A stretch of DNA of 62,434 bases, filler included, from Sphacelaria rigidula (GCA_964200075.2; 11 parts of 11 records of this genome joined end to end with filler, not necessarily neighbours in it); one strand, 5' to 3'; shown: positions 11,697 through 25,620, counted from the first letter of the whole stretch. The notes: generated by a model not told the origin, from the sequence alone. Program-made: numbers and translations.

Positions 11697-14675
11697 CTGC
11701 GATAAAAAAAAAAGAGACGAGAATCATTGAGAAAAAAAAAAAAAAAAACGAAGGAAATAAATGAAAAAAGAGATGACGATCACACGTTAAATCGAGAACC
11801 GCAACAAGCACGAAATTAGAGAAAATTAATTTACACTCCGTATATACAAGAATAGAAAAACGGTCAAAAGAGTACAGCGAGAAATGATCATGCTGGATGT
11901 TGTTTAGAGGACGAAACATAAGGAACTCCAGGAACCCACGGAACGCGCTCTCCACATGGAGGAAAAAAAAACAAGAAACAAGTACGAAGTGAAACAAATG
12001 AGCAAACAAAAATATACGACAGAAAAGAGCAAACATCAAAATATATGAGTTATCAAAGGCCCTCGCTGGCCTTTGGCCCGCTTCGGATCCCTTACTCCCG
12101 TGTTTCCTGATGATTCATGTCGTTTTTTGGAGTGCGTTTTGGCAACAGCGAAGCTCTTCGGAATGTGCGAAGAGGTTGAAGACGAAGGAAAAGTCGGAGA
12201 GTTGCCCGCATGGCATATACTTCAATCATAACCCTACTCTCCGCCCTCAACAAAGGCAACCCAAGCACCCACGGGCAAAGGGGGTACAAAGTGATCCCTA
12301 GACAGAGTGTGAGTTGTCAGACCTCAAATCGGAGCCTGCGGCGTCGATTAGGACGAAAACGCATGTTCCGCACGACAGAAGCACAGCCTCCATTAAAAAT
12401 CTGGATTTCGGGCGTCTACACTACAACCAAGACATGAATTTCCATAACCCTTCGAAGTGGTAAGCTATACTGCCCGTAGTACTAGTAAAAGCAAGTACAA
12501 ACGTTCAACCATGGGTGTACGCACATCCCAACATCAGCCTATGCAGCAGGACGTGTACGTGTACGTGCTGCGCTGTACTATTGCCGCACTGTTACGGGTA
12601 CGAATCGCGGGGGGTGTTAGCCCCCGAATTTTTTCAGGCCATTCGACAGAATTTTATCGATCGTAGACAACTCATCCTCGTTTCCCTTCTGCCATGTGAA
12701 TACACTTGGTTAAACAGATCATTAGAACGAGCAAATCGTGCGTTTAAGCGACGTCCTTCCTGTTCAGGCGTTACGTAGACGTCCACATCCCCGACACACA
12801 CTGCAAGATGACCTCCCTTTTCTCTCTTCTTGTAGCGTTCGCTGAAGCTCTGCAAAAAACATACTTTTTGCTGCCTGGTGTGCCGAGCGTGGGACGTTCC
12901 CGGAAAGCGAAGTCATCATAACATGCATTATGATTCCAAGCCCATGAGCAATGCACCTGCGGCAGAGTGTGTGATTTGCGCCGAAGGCTTTCCAGGGTTC
13001 TCTTGGAACCGACCGGACGGATCCTTTGTTTCTGACTGGCTAGCTTGATTTGTTCATCAGGAAGAGCCAGGAAACTTTTGGGGGAAAATTTCCTACATGT
13101 TTTGCGAGCGATCCGCACCCCTGTGTGCCCCGAGCTGGTCGTCCACACATATTCCCTTGCCTAGCATTCCATTGTCTCCGCTCGTTCGAGCGATGGTCGA
13201 GGGGGAGGGTGTGTGTGTGTGCAAATGTCGAAGCCCGCTGATGGTGTTTTCATGTGTGAATGTGTGTGATCATGTGCGGTACGAACATGAAAAAAACAAT
13301 GATACTGAATAAATAAATAATCGAGAAGGGATGGGAAATGACTCGATTCCCGTGAGGAGTACAGAGGCATGGGCAGCCAGAATATACGAAAACAAAAACG
13401 CAGTTTAAATCCAAGACGCTTGAGATATAAGGCCGTCGGGTCTTCCCAAGGCCGATCGAACAAGCGGTCGAGAGTAGCATATTGATGATGATAGTCGCCG
13501 CAACCATGGACCCGCTCGGCGATCAATCACCGTCATGGTTCGGAAGTTTATTCACGTCCATAATTTTTTTCTTCCTCGCGTTTCGACAAGACACGTACCA
13601 TATGCGAAAATGCAGAGGCGACAAAAATGATGCAAGACGAAAACGCAGTTCAATCGAGGACGCCCGAGAGTAAATGACACGTCCCACACACATACGGAAA
13701 ATGATCTCGCTCGTGAAACATGTATAATTCAGTCAATACAACAGAGCAAAGAAAAGAGTAAAACAAAACCTGCAGATAAACAAACGTTCCAAACGAAGGC
13801 CGCCGTAGAGACGAAGACAGTGAGGTCACTGTTGTATACACGAAACCACCCATAGGAAAACGGAGTTGAAAAAAAAAAAAACGCGAACATTCAAATGAAG
13901 ACATGTCCTATGCGCAAAAATAAATATTCTAGCCCGCACATGGTGTTCAAATGATTGAAAAAAAAAGCTGCAAAACGAAAGATGCAGTGCTTGCCCGATC
14001 TTTCAAGACAAAAAGTTCAACCGCGCTCTCCTATAATAACGCCCAGGAAATACAGGATGGCACACACACATGAACAGTATACACGTAGTCGATATCTTTC
14101 AATACGGGCATGGACGACGAGCAACCGTGGAAACAAGAACAAATGCAAGTGAGAGACCATGTGTTGCCGACACACGCAGCGGCATCGCGCTTGAGACACA
14201 CATGAAACCCGGCCGTGTGCAGGGGACTTTTTTCCTTCTTTTTTTCACACGAGCTTTCCAACCTTTATATATGCAAAGCCCGGGGCACGGGGGGCGGCAA
14301 GGAGGCGTTGGCAAAATACTGCGCTCACCTGCGCCCATGAGATTCTGTACGCTTGACATACATCAGTCACGATACGATAAGGGCGCGGGGGGGGGGAAAA
14401 CATTTCTTCCACGAAATTCCGGTTAAAATCGTCGTTAAAATCAGTAACAGTTGTTCGAACGCGCCTGTTACCGATGGATAACGCTTATTTATACTGCTTG
14501 ACACATTCTTGACCCAAATATAAGTGCACCGCGAGTGTGTGAGATCGTTCGATACACCCATGAGTCCCTTTTTCGTGCGATCATCTCCCCTCCACCCATC
14601 GTAGCATGGTTCACATATATATTATATATCAAAAGGTACGTTTTTCATCCTTCAGTCTGGGCCTCCGCACCATAC

Positions 14676-14800
14676 CTAAACTCTACAAGATCGTTGAGCC
14701 GGGAGGTCCCGTCGTAGCCGCCGAACACGAACATCGAATCCTTGTGCACACACGCCACGTGGCAAAAACGTTGGTTTGGCGCATTTCCCAGCGCTTGCAC
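14676..14800 (-). CDS. LZTR1: LZTR1-like Kelch/BTB protein, Kelch-repeat exon (VQALGNAPNQRFCHVACVHKDSMFVFGGYDGTSRLNDLVEFR)
   Basis: Canonical Kelch R-x-x-H…MFVFGGYDG…LND motif. CAG acceptor at 14801-14803, AG|GTATGG donor, ends in phase 2. Confidence 0.85.
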
Positions 14801-15344
14801 CTGTGTTGTATTTTCGTGTACATCGTCACATGTTGGCGGAAGGGAGGGAGGGAGGAAGAGGGGTGTACTCAGGATCTTCCAGGCCGTACTCATATGACAA
14901 TTGACCTCGCACCCCTACAGAGCCTTGGCGGAGCACGCCGGGTCTTCGCCGAACCAGGCTCACAATCCATCATCAAGCGAGAGGCGCGGTGACCTGCATC
15001 CTGCTAAGATTATTCGACCCGAAGCGTACCAGTTATCTTGCATTTGGATGACAGTCTCCAATGGGTTGCTTCATTTTCTGGCATCACCATTTCCAGATAC
15101 CGCCACGGCATAACTCTGCCTCATGGGTGTCTCACCATTCAAACACCATCAAGTATGATCATCCTCTTTGCCCGAGAGTGAGGTTCCCCCACCCCGCACA
15201 TCATGATCTAGCTAGACCACCATCATGGTAACCGCAAAAAAAAAACGCATGCGCACGAAAATGAGCGATAGCGTGGTTGCCTAGCTTGTGCAGTGGTGGC
15301 GTGTTCAACAGCGCCGTTGCCAACCGACGTCAACCCCAAGGGGA

Positions 15345-15854
15345 TTCCGTCCCTGTAAGGCCGCTTCTCATAGACTGAAGAAACATCTCTCTGAGAACCG
15401 CCCTTTTGAACCCTTCATCAGGGATTATTGGCGGAATATGGGCCTCGGCGGATTTGGCCTCCTCGGAACTATTTGCGATATTTCTCACGAGGATTCTAGC
15501 GCAACTTTTCCGATTGTTTGTAGGCCCAGCTTTACTTTTGACGGGGTTTTGATATGTTTCAGTCGCCCCCAAAAACGTTTAGTTGTCGGGAAGAAGACGT
15601 ACTTTTCCCCGACAACTCCAAGTTTTTTGTGCCGACTGAAAAAATCCAGAGTCCGGTCAATACTAAAACTGGGCGTACGAGAGATCGGACAAGCGCGCTG
15701 GGATCCTCGTGTAAAATATAGCAAATCTTTCCGTAGAGGCCCAATCCGCCAAGGCCCGTATTCCTCCAATAATCCGTGATGAAAGGTTCAAAAGGGCGGT
15801 TCTCAGAGATTTTTTTTTTCAGTCCATAAGAAGAGGCCTAAAGCCGGGACGGAA
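15345..15854. mobile_element. ~510-bp foldback (whole-length imperfect palindrome), MITE-like
   Basis: Arms pair from TTCCGTCCC…/…GGGACGGAA inward (e.g. tctctgagaaccgcccttttgaacc / ggttcaaaagggcggttctcagaga) to the centre agttgtcggg…cccgacaact at ~15581-15617. Confidence 0.85.
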
Positions 15855-18707
15855 CACGCGGGTATTGTGCTGAATCAGGAGGGAGAGGGGGGCAAGAATA
15901 TAATATATATATATATATAAAATTTCCCCCCTTTAAGAGGACAGAAGAAAAAAAATAGAAGAAACGCCTAACAGCGTATGTTTGCAAACCTGCTTTTAGT
16001 AACGCCCCTTCTGTTTCTTTTGCTCGAGACGGCAATGCATGAAGACCAACCGTGCCCATCGTACGTGCACATGTCCGGAAATATATGTCCAAAATCTGTC
16101 CGCATGTACGGTCATGAGAATATCCCGTTCGAGTACCGTAACAAACGTTTTCTTCTTGCGTATGGCCCAGTCACGATTTACAAAGGGTCCCGTGCCGCAG
16201 CAAACCAACACGAAACCACTAGGATAAGAAAAACAATTCCGCATACCCTGAGGTCCACGTCAACAACAATTGGTCATCAAAGGTTGGATACTACATATAT
16301 ATATATACAGCCAGACCATGAAGTCATATATACTGGAGTACGGTACTTAGTATGAAGATTAGTCTTGACTGCTGCACTAAGTACAGTGACGGGTCCCCAT
16401 AATGAGTTTTCCACGATTGAGCCAAAAGTTCTCAGCGAGGCGGGGAAGGATGGCGGGGGATAAAAACAGGTGATAGATTGATTCAAAAAGCCTTGATGAT
16501 GGTTGGCATCACCTGAACTTGATCCCACTATAATATAAAATCTGGCCGGCAGTCGCAGGATACACGAGCAAACCGAACCAGCTAGGGCAACTGAGACAAA
16601 AGAAACTCTCGCTGAAGGGAACTCGAGAAAAAACCCCGAAATGACTGAGGCCACCTCTCACGTGTAAAAAAAAAGAAGAAAACCTTTTGGTCCTTCTGCG
16701 TCGTTTCACGCCCCGAAAGAGGGCGAGGCGGATGTTAGACACACCTTGAGATAACTTGTTCAACTCGTCGAAAACGTTCCGGGACCCATTTTTGCTTTCT
16801 TGTGGCCACATTTTTTTTCTTGCCAAAGTTACAATTTTGTCCAAGAACGGTCAAGATACCCGGTAAAAAAAAAAATGGCGTTTTTTTGCTACTTTTTTTT
16901 TTTTTTTATTTTTCAATTTTTTTAATATAATATGCACATTTAGAGAAAAAAAGAANNNNNNNNNNNNNNNNNNNNNNNNNNNNNNNNNNNNNNNNNNNNT
17001 TAATTAATTAANNNNNNNNNNNNNNNNNNNNNNNNNNNNNNNNNNNNNNNNNNNNGCGACATTGGCTAGAACGAACCCAAGCGTGGGAATTCCCAGCTTC
17101 TCGTTGTGCTCAGCTTTTCCTATTTCGACTCACGTGAAAATTTTGCCTCCCAAAACCATGCACTTTTTTTTTGGGGGGGGGGGTATCGTTGAAAGTGTCG
17201 CACACTGGATGCAAACAGTGCAGACAGTACAGACTGTACTGTACAAAAGTGACCATGTACCGTTTCGCGAATTTCACCGTCTTTTTTTCATCAACGCTTG
17301 AAAATTCGCTCGGATCCAACTCCAGAGCGAATTCTGCTCAAATGAACTCCGCCGCCCCTTTTTCTCGATCGAAAAAGTGCTGTGTAGAAGAAAATATCGA
17401 TTTGATAGGTCTACGGCATTTCTCTTCCTAGCTGGTTTCAACTGTCTTCTATAATTAGTGGCGCGCGGGCAAGAAGTGAAAAACAAAAGAGCTGAGCTTT
17501 TTCGATCGAAAACATGCGGACGAGACGGACAAATGGGGTACTTGACTCCTACAGTAGTCAGCATCACAAGTCTGCGGAATTCGTAATTTCTTAGTTACTG
17601 TTGCTGTTACTGTTACTGTTGTTGTTGTTTTCACATTAAAAACCGTTCCGATATCTGCGCGGTACATTCGTACTGGGCATCTGATGCGGGCGCCTTCCGT
17701 GGTCACAGGCTAGCAATAAAACAAAAAAACAAAAAAGACCTAGAATAAAACTCACAAAACGCAATACAAGCTAAACAGGGATAAATAACAAAGAAGAAAG
17801 AGAGTACATATGGCTAACCTCAGAAGATCCGGTGCCGCAGGTGTGCCATTCGGACTTCAGGGGGTGGCACCCGGCTTCCCAACTCGACGCGCGAATTTTT
17901 ACCAGCGGAGATTTTCCAAAATTCTTTCGCTTACCACCGCTCATCACAGTGAATGTTTGATGCCAAAAACGGGTATCTGGAGACATAGAAATCTCTTGAC
18001 AAAAATCGAGAAAAAAATGCGGTCAATATTGAGTGACTCACGAGGCTTGACCGATCTTAGAAGGTCCTGCGAAAGTGAAACCCCAGGTTTGAGCTTTTCG
18101 GTATTTTGGGCGGGCCGACTCAATTCCGATCATATATATGTGAATACATCAAATTTATATATTTTTCATTATTTCCACCTTCTCGCTGCGCTAGAGCCGC
18201 AAGATTATGTTTCTTGGACCACTAACGGTCACAAACACCCTCCTGATAAACGGGGTCATTACTCTGTATCGCCCCCACAAAACCAACTTGAGAATTGTGA
18301 CGTGAGCACGATCTGCTTATTTTGCCAAAACTATCGACGCTAACACTTTCGAGTGCTCATGGAGAATAGTATGCGAAACCCCCACAAAAATAAGCCATCC
18401 ACGGAAAATGCCGGACTGAGGTCTGTGCAGTGTAGGAATCTATCCACGGAAAATGCTGGAACGAGGTCTGTGCAATAAAGAGTAGGGGGGAATGATCTCG
18501 ATCGTTATTTTGAAGAATCGTCAACATATTTATTTATCTGAATATCTACCGCTTTGTCCCGAAAAAGCCGGAAAATTGTCTTTATTGGACCTAAACGGTC
18601 AATAGCACTCTCCCAATAAACGGAGTATCTAGTACCGGGGAGAGATGGGTTGATCCCTTGAGACCACGGACTTGTCCCGAGGAAGGGAAGGGGTTCAGAG
18701 TACGATA

Positions 18708-18753
18708 AAATAATAATAATAGTAATAATAGTAACAATAATAACAATAATAAC

Positions 18754-18811
<58 letters not shown>

Positions 18812-18850
18812 GTAATAGTAATAATAGTAGTAATAATCATAAAAATAATA
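18708..18850. repeat. (AAT)n microsatellite with AGT/AAC interruptions
   Basis: Directly visible. It explains the poly-Ile and poly-Tyr ORFs. Confidence 0.95.
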
Positions 18851-18899
18851 TAAACTAGTCCGTATCGCCCCGAAACCACCAACTTGGGCCCTGTGGTTT

Positions 18900-19980
18900 G
18901 AGCATCTTCTTTGATGGAAGGGATCAGCGACGGAACGACGTGGCAGGGTGGGCGACCGACTTGCGTACACGCTCGTGGACGGTGCCGGCAGTACAAAGCT
19001 ACACGTTGTTAAAGTCCTTTTCACGTCGCATTGTAAGCAGAGGACATTGTATACAGATAGTCCCGCACGCTGCCCGCTTCTCTTTCACACCCTACTGTAC
19101 GAAACACGCACATACGCACTCAGCCACACTGTACACAAATGGCGCAGACGGTACAGTACTGTCTGCACTGTTGACAACAGAAACAGGTGTCGTTTTACGA
19201 TATTCAACGTCCTTTCTCGATCGAAAGCTTGAAAAATCGCTTGGACCCACCTCGAGAAAAACGAGCGAAGTTCGCTCGAATCAATTCCGCCTCTCTTTTT
19301 TTTGGATCGAAAATAAATGTGGTAAAACGCTCCCTTGGGCCAACTCTAATGGGAACCGTTCAAAATTCCTGTTGAAAGCTGCGTTTTGGGCCCTTCTCCG
19401 TCGATTCACGCCCGAAAAGGGGGCTAGGCGGATGTTGACGCCTTGGAAGGGCTTGCTCTATTCGTTGAGACCGTTCGGCAACTTTGCTTCTCCCGCTCGC
19501 CGCAGTTTGGTAATCGGCCAAAACAGGTCAAACGCTGGTTTCCAGTAAAAAACGGTCAGATGATCAAAATTCCCCTTGCTTTTTTATCGCTTGACAGTGT
19601 TTTATTGAAAATCCGTGTTTGGTCAAAACTAAAAGTGCAGCCAGTGGGAAATGCAGAGTTGCCTTGGAACGGCCTCAATGAGTACAGCAACTCATTCCAA
19701 GGTGTCTATATTCGCCCAGCCCTCTTCTCAGCCGTAAAACGACGGAGAAAAGCAATGAACATGCTACTTTCGGATACTTGCTTTGCCGTTCGCTTCTTTT
19801 CCAATCTCGCTACGGTGGGCCCTTGCTGCTTCAGCCCAACTCTCATGGGAGCCGTTTAATATTTCTGTCGAAAACCGCCTTTTGGGCCCTTCTCCGTCGT
19901 TTTACGCCAGAAAAAGAGAGCTAGGCGGATGTTGGCGCCTTGGAATGACTTGCTCTATTCGTTGAGACCGTTCTGAGGGT
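18900..19980. repeat. Interspersed non-autonomous repeat family with internal inverted repeats; related segments at ~1740-2560, 16680-16850, 17180-17530 and (inverted) 44380-45290
   Basis: Shared blocks 'gtacaaagct.cacgttgt…ttcacgtcgcattg.aagcag' and 'aggcggatgttgac.ccttggaa.g.cttgctcta.tcgttgagaccgtt' recur across four contigs. Confidence 0.8.
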
Positions 19981-21031
19981 TGACGTGCCGTATATTGTAC
20001 AGTTACAACAGTGAAAATCAGGGCAACGAGGGTCCCGCCATAGTGCGGTGCCCCCTCGCAGTGCGGCCAGATCGCTCCCCACAAAGTCCGATCCACAACC
20101 CTACTTTCCAAGCAAATACACTACGCATGTACAGCAGTGACAGAGGGTCCCAACATACTGTCATCACGCAGTGGTAGCAGTCGACTGCAGTATGGGGGGA
20201 CCTGCAACGTGTAGATTCTCAGCGCAAACATTTAGGGGTGAACCATTTGCCGTTGTTAGGGTTCGCTATGATGTGCACCAGGCCGTCCGCGAAGGCTGCG
20301 CTGGCTCTCCTCCTCTACTCCACGTCAACTTGAACTCCAAGGTTCAGAGTGTCCTGTCACAAGCTTTTCAGGAGACATTTCCAACGTTGCGCAACTTACC
20401 ACATAACTTTCATCTCCCACGGCAACCCGTTGGCGCAATCACAGCAACTGACGACACAGCGCTCACGCCCATGTCACATGATCGTTTTGATGAGAAAGCT
20501 GCCCTCTCAACACATGATACACATGATGTATCTTTTGAACAGCGCACAAGTCGGGCAAAACGTTCAAAACCTCAACGTCGCACAGCATGCGCAACATCTC
20601 TGCTGACCATACCGACACTGTTACTGCGAGTGCCTGGAGTCACTCTCTTGCGTGCCGTGCTTGTTACGTCATTGGCTCATGTATGGAGGCACAGAGGGGC
20701 CAGGGAGTGCGCACAGAACATCGTACACTACACCGCTGCACGTGTGTCGGTGGTTGAGTACTGTACAGATACTTGTAGACAGCGCGGTGGCGCTGTTCGA
20801 GTGGGTGACGCAATGCAACATCTTGTCAACATGGCTTTCTCGACCAGTAGAACGGCCGCGCCACCGAAGGCTACGCTTTTCAAGAGACATCGTCTAGAGC
20901 CTTGGTATTTGCGATCTTTTGGGAACAAGAGATATGCTGTTCATACGAAAACCAAGTCAGGACATGGGGGTGCTCTACCCCGTACCTCCCGTGCTGACTA
21001 GCGAACGGACTGACGACACCACAGCACTCAC

Positions 21032-21157
21032 CTGTGACACAGATTTCGAGAGGGGCGATGTTTTGGCAATTCCGCGCGAGAATGCCACTGGAGACTGCAC
21101 AAATGCATCTGCCACCAAGGAAAGGCAAAGCATCAGCATCACACTCAAGTACTTCAT
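21032..21157 (-). CDS. First coding exon of a probable plastid-targeted protein (MKYLSVMLMLCLSLVADA/FVQSPVAFSRGIAKTSPLSKSVSQ)
   Basis: ATG in ccaagATG context; hydrophobic signal peptide; A-D-A|F cleavage motif (ASAFAP-like); Ser/Lys/Arg-rich, acid-free transit-like segment; CAG|GTGAGT donor. A 5'UTR acceptor (ctctctacag) lies just upstream. Confidence 0.7.
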
Positions 21158-22219
21158 CTTGGCTGTAGAGAGGTAAAAGACACACGCGAAGAAAGTATCC
21201 GCGGTACTACCAGAAATGGACGAGGAAAACATCAACACATACGTGAGTGTGGATAATTTTCGTATTTGTTATCACAATATTTGATACATATGACATCACT
21301 CAGACCCGTTGATCGATAAGTGAAAGATACAAACTGGGCCGACCAAGAAACCTATGATGCGTCAGATGGTCACATCTATTGCACGGCACTAGGTCAGAAA
21401 AAAACTTGGTACGCGTTTGTAATTTTCTAGTCAGAACGGAGAAGCAGAGTCGTTCAGCATAGGGATTAGTCATGTTGGCGTCGCAAAATTTGCGTCTCCG
21501 TGTTATTATACGAGTACTGCACCACTCCTTTTTTTTGTAGAAACACAACAACAGACAGGCTGGTTCAGGGTGAATGGCCAAAATGTTGGAGCTCGGAAAT
21601 GGTTTGTCTAACCATTAACCAGTCAAATGGTTACGCGTAGCGCACTCATTAACCAGTTAAATATTACATGATGGTTTGATCATCGAACGGTACAACTGCG
21701 AACCAAAAAGCCCCCCCCCCGGGCAGAGGGGGCCCCGCCGGAGACGCGCCCTCGGAGAGCCCCGCCGTGCCGGAGGCACATTTGTACGCGATTTGGGTGC
21801 ACTAGAGCATTAAATTTGAGACAATTTTCAAGGACTGTATGTAGAATGCGTAGCCGGTAACGGCTTATCAAGCCGGTAACGGTGAAAAATGGTTTGAAAC
21901 CATTATCCAATTTTTTCATATAACCATTATTACCATTACTATTACCATTATTACCATTATAATGATGATGGTCGGTTATTATAACTGGTACCATTTCTGA
22001 GCTCTAGAAAATGTACTCACTCCCCAGCGATTGATTTCTCACGCCGTTTTATGTTTTTTCGACTTTTAGGCCGGATGTTATGGCACACGGATTTATGGCC
22101 CACGGATTGTTCACTTCTGGGACGTTTGAGCCACTCTTTAACCCCCAAACAACAGGGAAAACCGCCGACACACGTCTTGGACACTTTGCATCACCCCACA
22201 GATAGGAGCCTATATTATC

Positions 22220-22423
22220 GCCCACTTTTCAGATTTTCGCTTGGCTCCAAGGTTTCGAGATTGGCCGCTGAACAATACTCAGTGTGAAATAAAATCTACG
22301 GCGATCTCCACAGATTATTGGGCAAACTGCCATATGTTGGCAAGCACAGATTATTGCACACGGATTATTTTGTTCTGCGGCCAATCTCGAAACATCGGAG
22401 CCAAGCGAATCTGATAAGTAGGC
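22220..22423. repeat. ~200-bp inverted repeat / hairpin
   Basis: ttcgcttggctcc..ggtttcgagattggccgc.gaacaa pairs with ttgttctgcggccaatctcgaaac..cggagccaagcgaa. Confidence 0.8.
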
Positions 22424-23229
22424 TAGGCTGCTTCTGGGGGTGATGCAAGGTATCCGAGACGTAACACTATATTCGTGAGATTCAGAACGTAGTCTTGGAT
22501 TCAGAGTGAATGCTCTAGCGTTCCTAACAGGCAACTTCTTTTTTTTGCTTGAGCACACGTCCTGTGCATGCAGCTACCGTACAGTACCCCATTCGAGGAA
22601 TGCGGTGGTCTGGTTGGTGAGATACCGCACAAAGCATTTTNNNNNNNNNNNNNNNNNNNNNNNNNNNNNNNNNNNNNNNNNNNNTTAATTAATTAANNNN
22701 NNNNNNNNNNNNNNNNNNNNNNNNNNNNNNNNNNNNNNNNGGACTGCTGAACCCCTCTCGCGATAAAATAAAATAAAGGCAAGCACCGCAGGAGGAAGGT
22801 GGGGTATTAAAAACGAATAAAAAAGAAAAAGCTCCTGTGTTGTCCTTCCTCCTGTGTGGCCCCGGCTGATGCGCCCACATACACCGAAAGGTGTAGACTG
22901 ATACCCAGAATAAATGGGACGACAACACACAACAACACAACACTGGTGCGTAAAACTCAAAATCCCCTCAAACACGGTCTCAACAAGTATCTCTGTGAAA
23001 ATATGACATCACAAAAGCACAAGCGAATTTCTTGAACTCCATAGCAACAAGGACCCTCAGGCAACAGACAGATAGTACGTCAACGTTTGATTTGCTGGAT
23101 AGGGTGCGTGGTGAAGGATATCAATGCAAAGACAAGCAGCCCAGACATGAAATATTCCGGATCATGCCTGTTTCCACGTACGTCCGACTTTGAGTTTTCT
23201 TGAGGACAAGCACATGAATAATTTTCGGG

Positions 23230-24110
23230 TCCTCAGTGACTGTTGAGCATCTACATTTGCCTTTGCCTAAGCGTTGACGTATTCACCGAACTCCGTGTCG
23301 TACCTCCTCCCAATTATCGGCATCCCTGGTTTTCGGTAGTGCTCTGCTGCTACTCACCTCTTCTCCTTTGAACTGCTAGCCGTTGTACCATTCTGTGCTC
23401 TTAGTGTAGCTACCCCCTTTTCGTCTCTCCTTGCCTGTTTGCCCAGTACCCCCTCTATCCTTACTCACATTTGCTTCCTCCCGCCATCGAAACCTTCATT
23501 GTTTTTTGTTAGCTACATCTTTCCATATTCCCTTATTTTTTTTCTATCCATAATGTTCATCTCCGTTCTATCTCAAATATACTCTTCCCATCCTTTGGTA
23601 GTTTTACTCGATATATATCTTGCGTGGGCCTCTGCCCTTACTCTCACAGCCTCTTTTGCTTCCTCATCCCAACACTGGTCTGGTCTATTGCATACGATTG
23701 ATTTCTTTCTTATCACTTCTACTTGCTGTGATCTTGACCAGTTGCTTCCACCCTTCTGTACTCTTCGCCCCTGCCCGCTCCCATTCCGTTTCGGTATTAA
23801 CTGTACCTACCCTTTCTAACAGCTCGGAACAATTCAATGCATTTTTGGTCATTTCTTATCGAAACTCTTGCTGCTTTTCTTTCATTCCTAGTTCATCTAT
23901 TCTCCAATTATGCAACTTACCCTCGCCTGGTTCTTGTAGCTCTTGTCTGTTGGCTGTCTGCCCATATCAGTCAATGGTCTGTAGTTCCCGCGTCCGCTGT
24001 GCATATTTGCACTTTCAACTCCTAACTAATTGCGATTCAACCACTATATAGTCAAGATCGGAGCTTTCTCTCTCTTGTCTTCATTTCCTAGTCAAGGATA
24101 TGATGTGCTT
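23230..24110 (-). mobile_element. LINE ORF2 remnant: APE endonuclease C-terminus and EN-RT linker
   Basis: …DLDYIVVES…TADAGTTDH (APE 'IDY…SDH' motifs, ~23960-24060), then …ATLRAQNGTTASSSKEKR*VAAEHYRKPG…FGEYVNA*AKANVDA. Many stops. Confidence 0.7.
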
Positions 24111-24624
24111 GAAACGAGCATAAAATTCCACTAAACTTTTATGCGCCTCCTCCAGCCATTGCAGCAGCTGTCTGAAAGTGCCCCCTATGGCCTATGGCGA
24201 GACTCGTCACCCGTCAACGGAAAGGCTTCAATACTCCAAACTGTCATGGTTGCGGGTCTGATTCGGAAACGTTCAGTGATCAAAGAAAAGTTGTATTTTT
24301 TAACAAAGAACATTTTTGAAACCTCGAATACCCAATATTTCGCCCTCTCCTCGTGGTATAAGGCTCGCCTCGTGAGGGGATACTGTCAGAACGCCACAAC
24401 AAGGTCGCAAAGTAGGCGCATAAAGTGGGGCTTGCAACAAGGTCGCAAAACATTAAAAAAAAAAAAATGAGCATTAAACAAAACACAATGCGCTCACGAG
24501 GCTAAAGCCTAACTTTCGCACAATCGAAACGGCTCTCACCCAGGTGAGAGGAGGAATCTTCGTTGGCTTCCTTCGGGTATCATCGGCAATTGTTCTGGGA
24601 TCCTCTAAAACACCTCTCGAAATA

Positions 24625-25571
24625 CCGTAAGTTGCTCTGTGATCGCACAGGGCGTGAATTTCGCACAGGGGTCGTGAGAGCGCACCCCTGTGCGAGCAAA
24701 AACACGGTTTGAAATGATCGAATTCGTTTTTCGCACAGGGGGCGTTGTTTTCGCATAGGGGTGCGATATCAAGGATGAAATTCGTCTCAGCCACCTTCCG
24801 GGCGCGAGGACGCGTGCGCGCGGATGGGTCTTTGGGGCGGACAGCAGGAGTTGCCACGATTTTTGTCTTTATTCCACTCGTCGTCATGGGGCTTGTCTGG
24901 ACTACGCAGTGCGGTGTGGCAGTGTAGACACAAAAAACAGGCGGAGTGGTTTTCTTTTTCAATTTATTTTACTCCAGTTCTCGTCGTGCACCTTGGATGA
25001 AACCACCAAAGCCGAAACCTTTCACCAAACGCCAACAACGACGGAAAGAACGAAGCCCGAAAACAAACGCGTACTGGCACCGAAGGATATTTCTTGCAAT
25101 CAATCTCGTCTCTCTCTTCGACATTTCGTGTAACGGTAAACCGGTACCACGACAACTACCGTAGGCTCGTGCGGTGTGCTTGATGCTGTCGTGCTGTGGC
25201 TGTGTGCCCGTGTGCACTTGCTGCGTTTCAGGCATCTTCAGACCTTGTTCCTACGGCAGTACTGTTGCAGATTGTTCCTTCACACCGGCGAAGATTTGCT
25301 CAGTATCGCACATGGCGGGGTTATCGCACAGGGTGTGCGTTCAAAGACCCTGGTGTCATTAAAATTATTTACTCAATATCGTACATGTCGTTGAGATGGC
25401 ACAGGGGTGTGCGATGGGAAAGCAGTACCAAATGATTTAAAATCGATTTTCGCACAGGGGACGCGGTGTTCGCACAGGGGTCGTGAGAACGCACCCCGGT
25501 GCGAAAAAAAAATTTTTCGAAAACATTTAAAAATCGATCGCACCCCTGTGCGATCACAGAGCAAGTTACGG
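24625..25571. mobile_element. Non-autonomous Tc1/mariner (pogo-like) DNA transposon, TA TSD
   Basis: TIR CCGTAAGTTGCTCTGTGATCGCACAGGG with one mismatch at the right end. TA on both sides (24623-24, 25572-73). Multiple subterminal CGCACAGGGG motifs. Confidence 0.88.
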
Positions 25572-25573
25572 TA

Positions 25574-25574
<1 letters not shown>

Positions 25575-25620
<46 letters not shown>

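Noticed and set aside
18505..19024. Poly-Ile and poly-Tyr ORFs (also poly-Thr/Asn/Val at 25369-26005)
   Set aside because: These are translations of (AAT)n and (GTT)n microsatellites.
20171..21001. Longest ORF in the window (276 aa, + strand)
   Set aside because: No motif, non-ATG start, and antisense to the intron that follows the plastid-presequence exon; likely chance.
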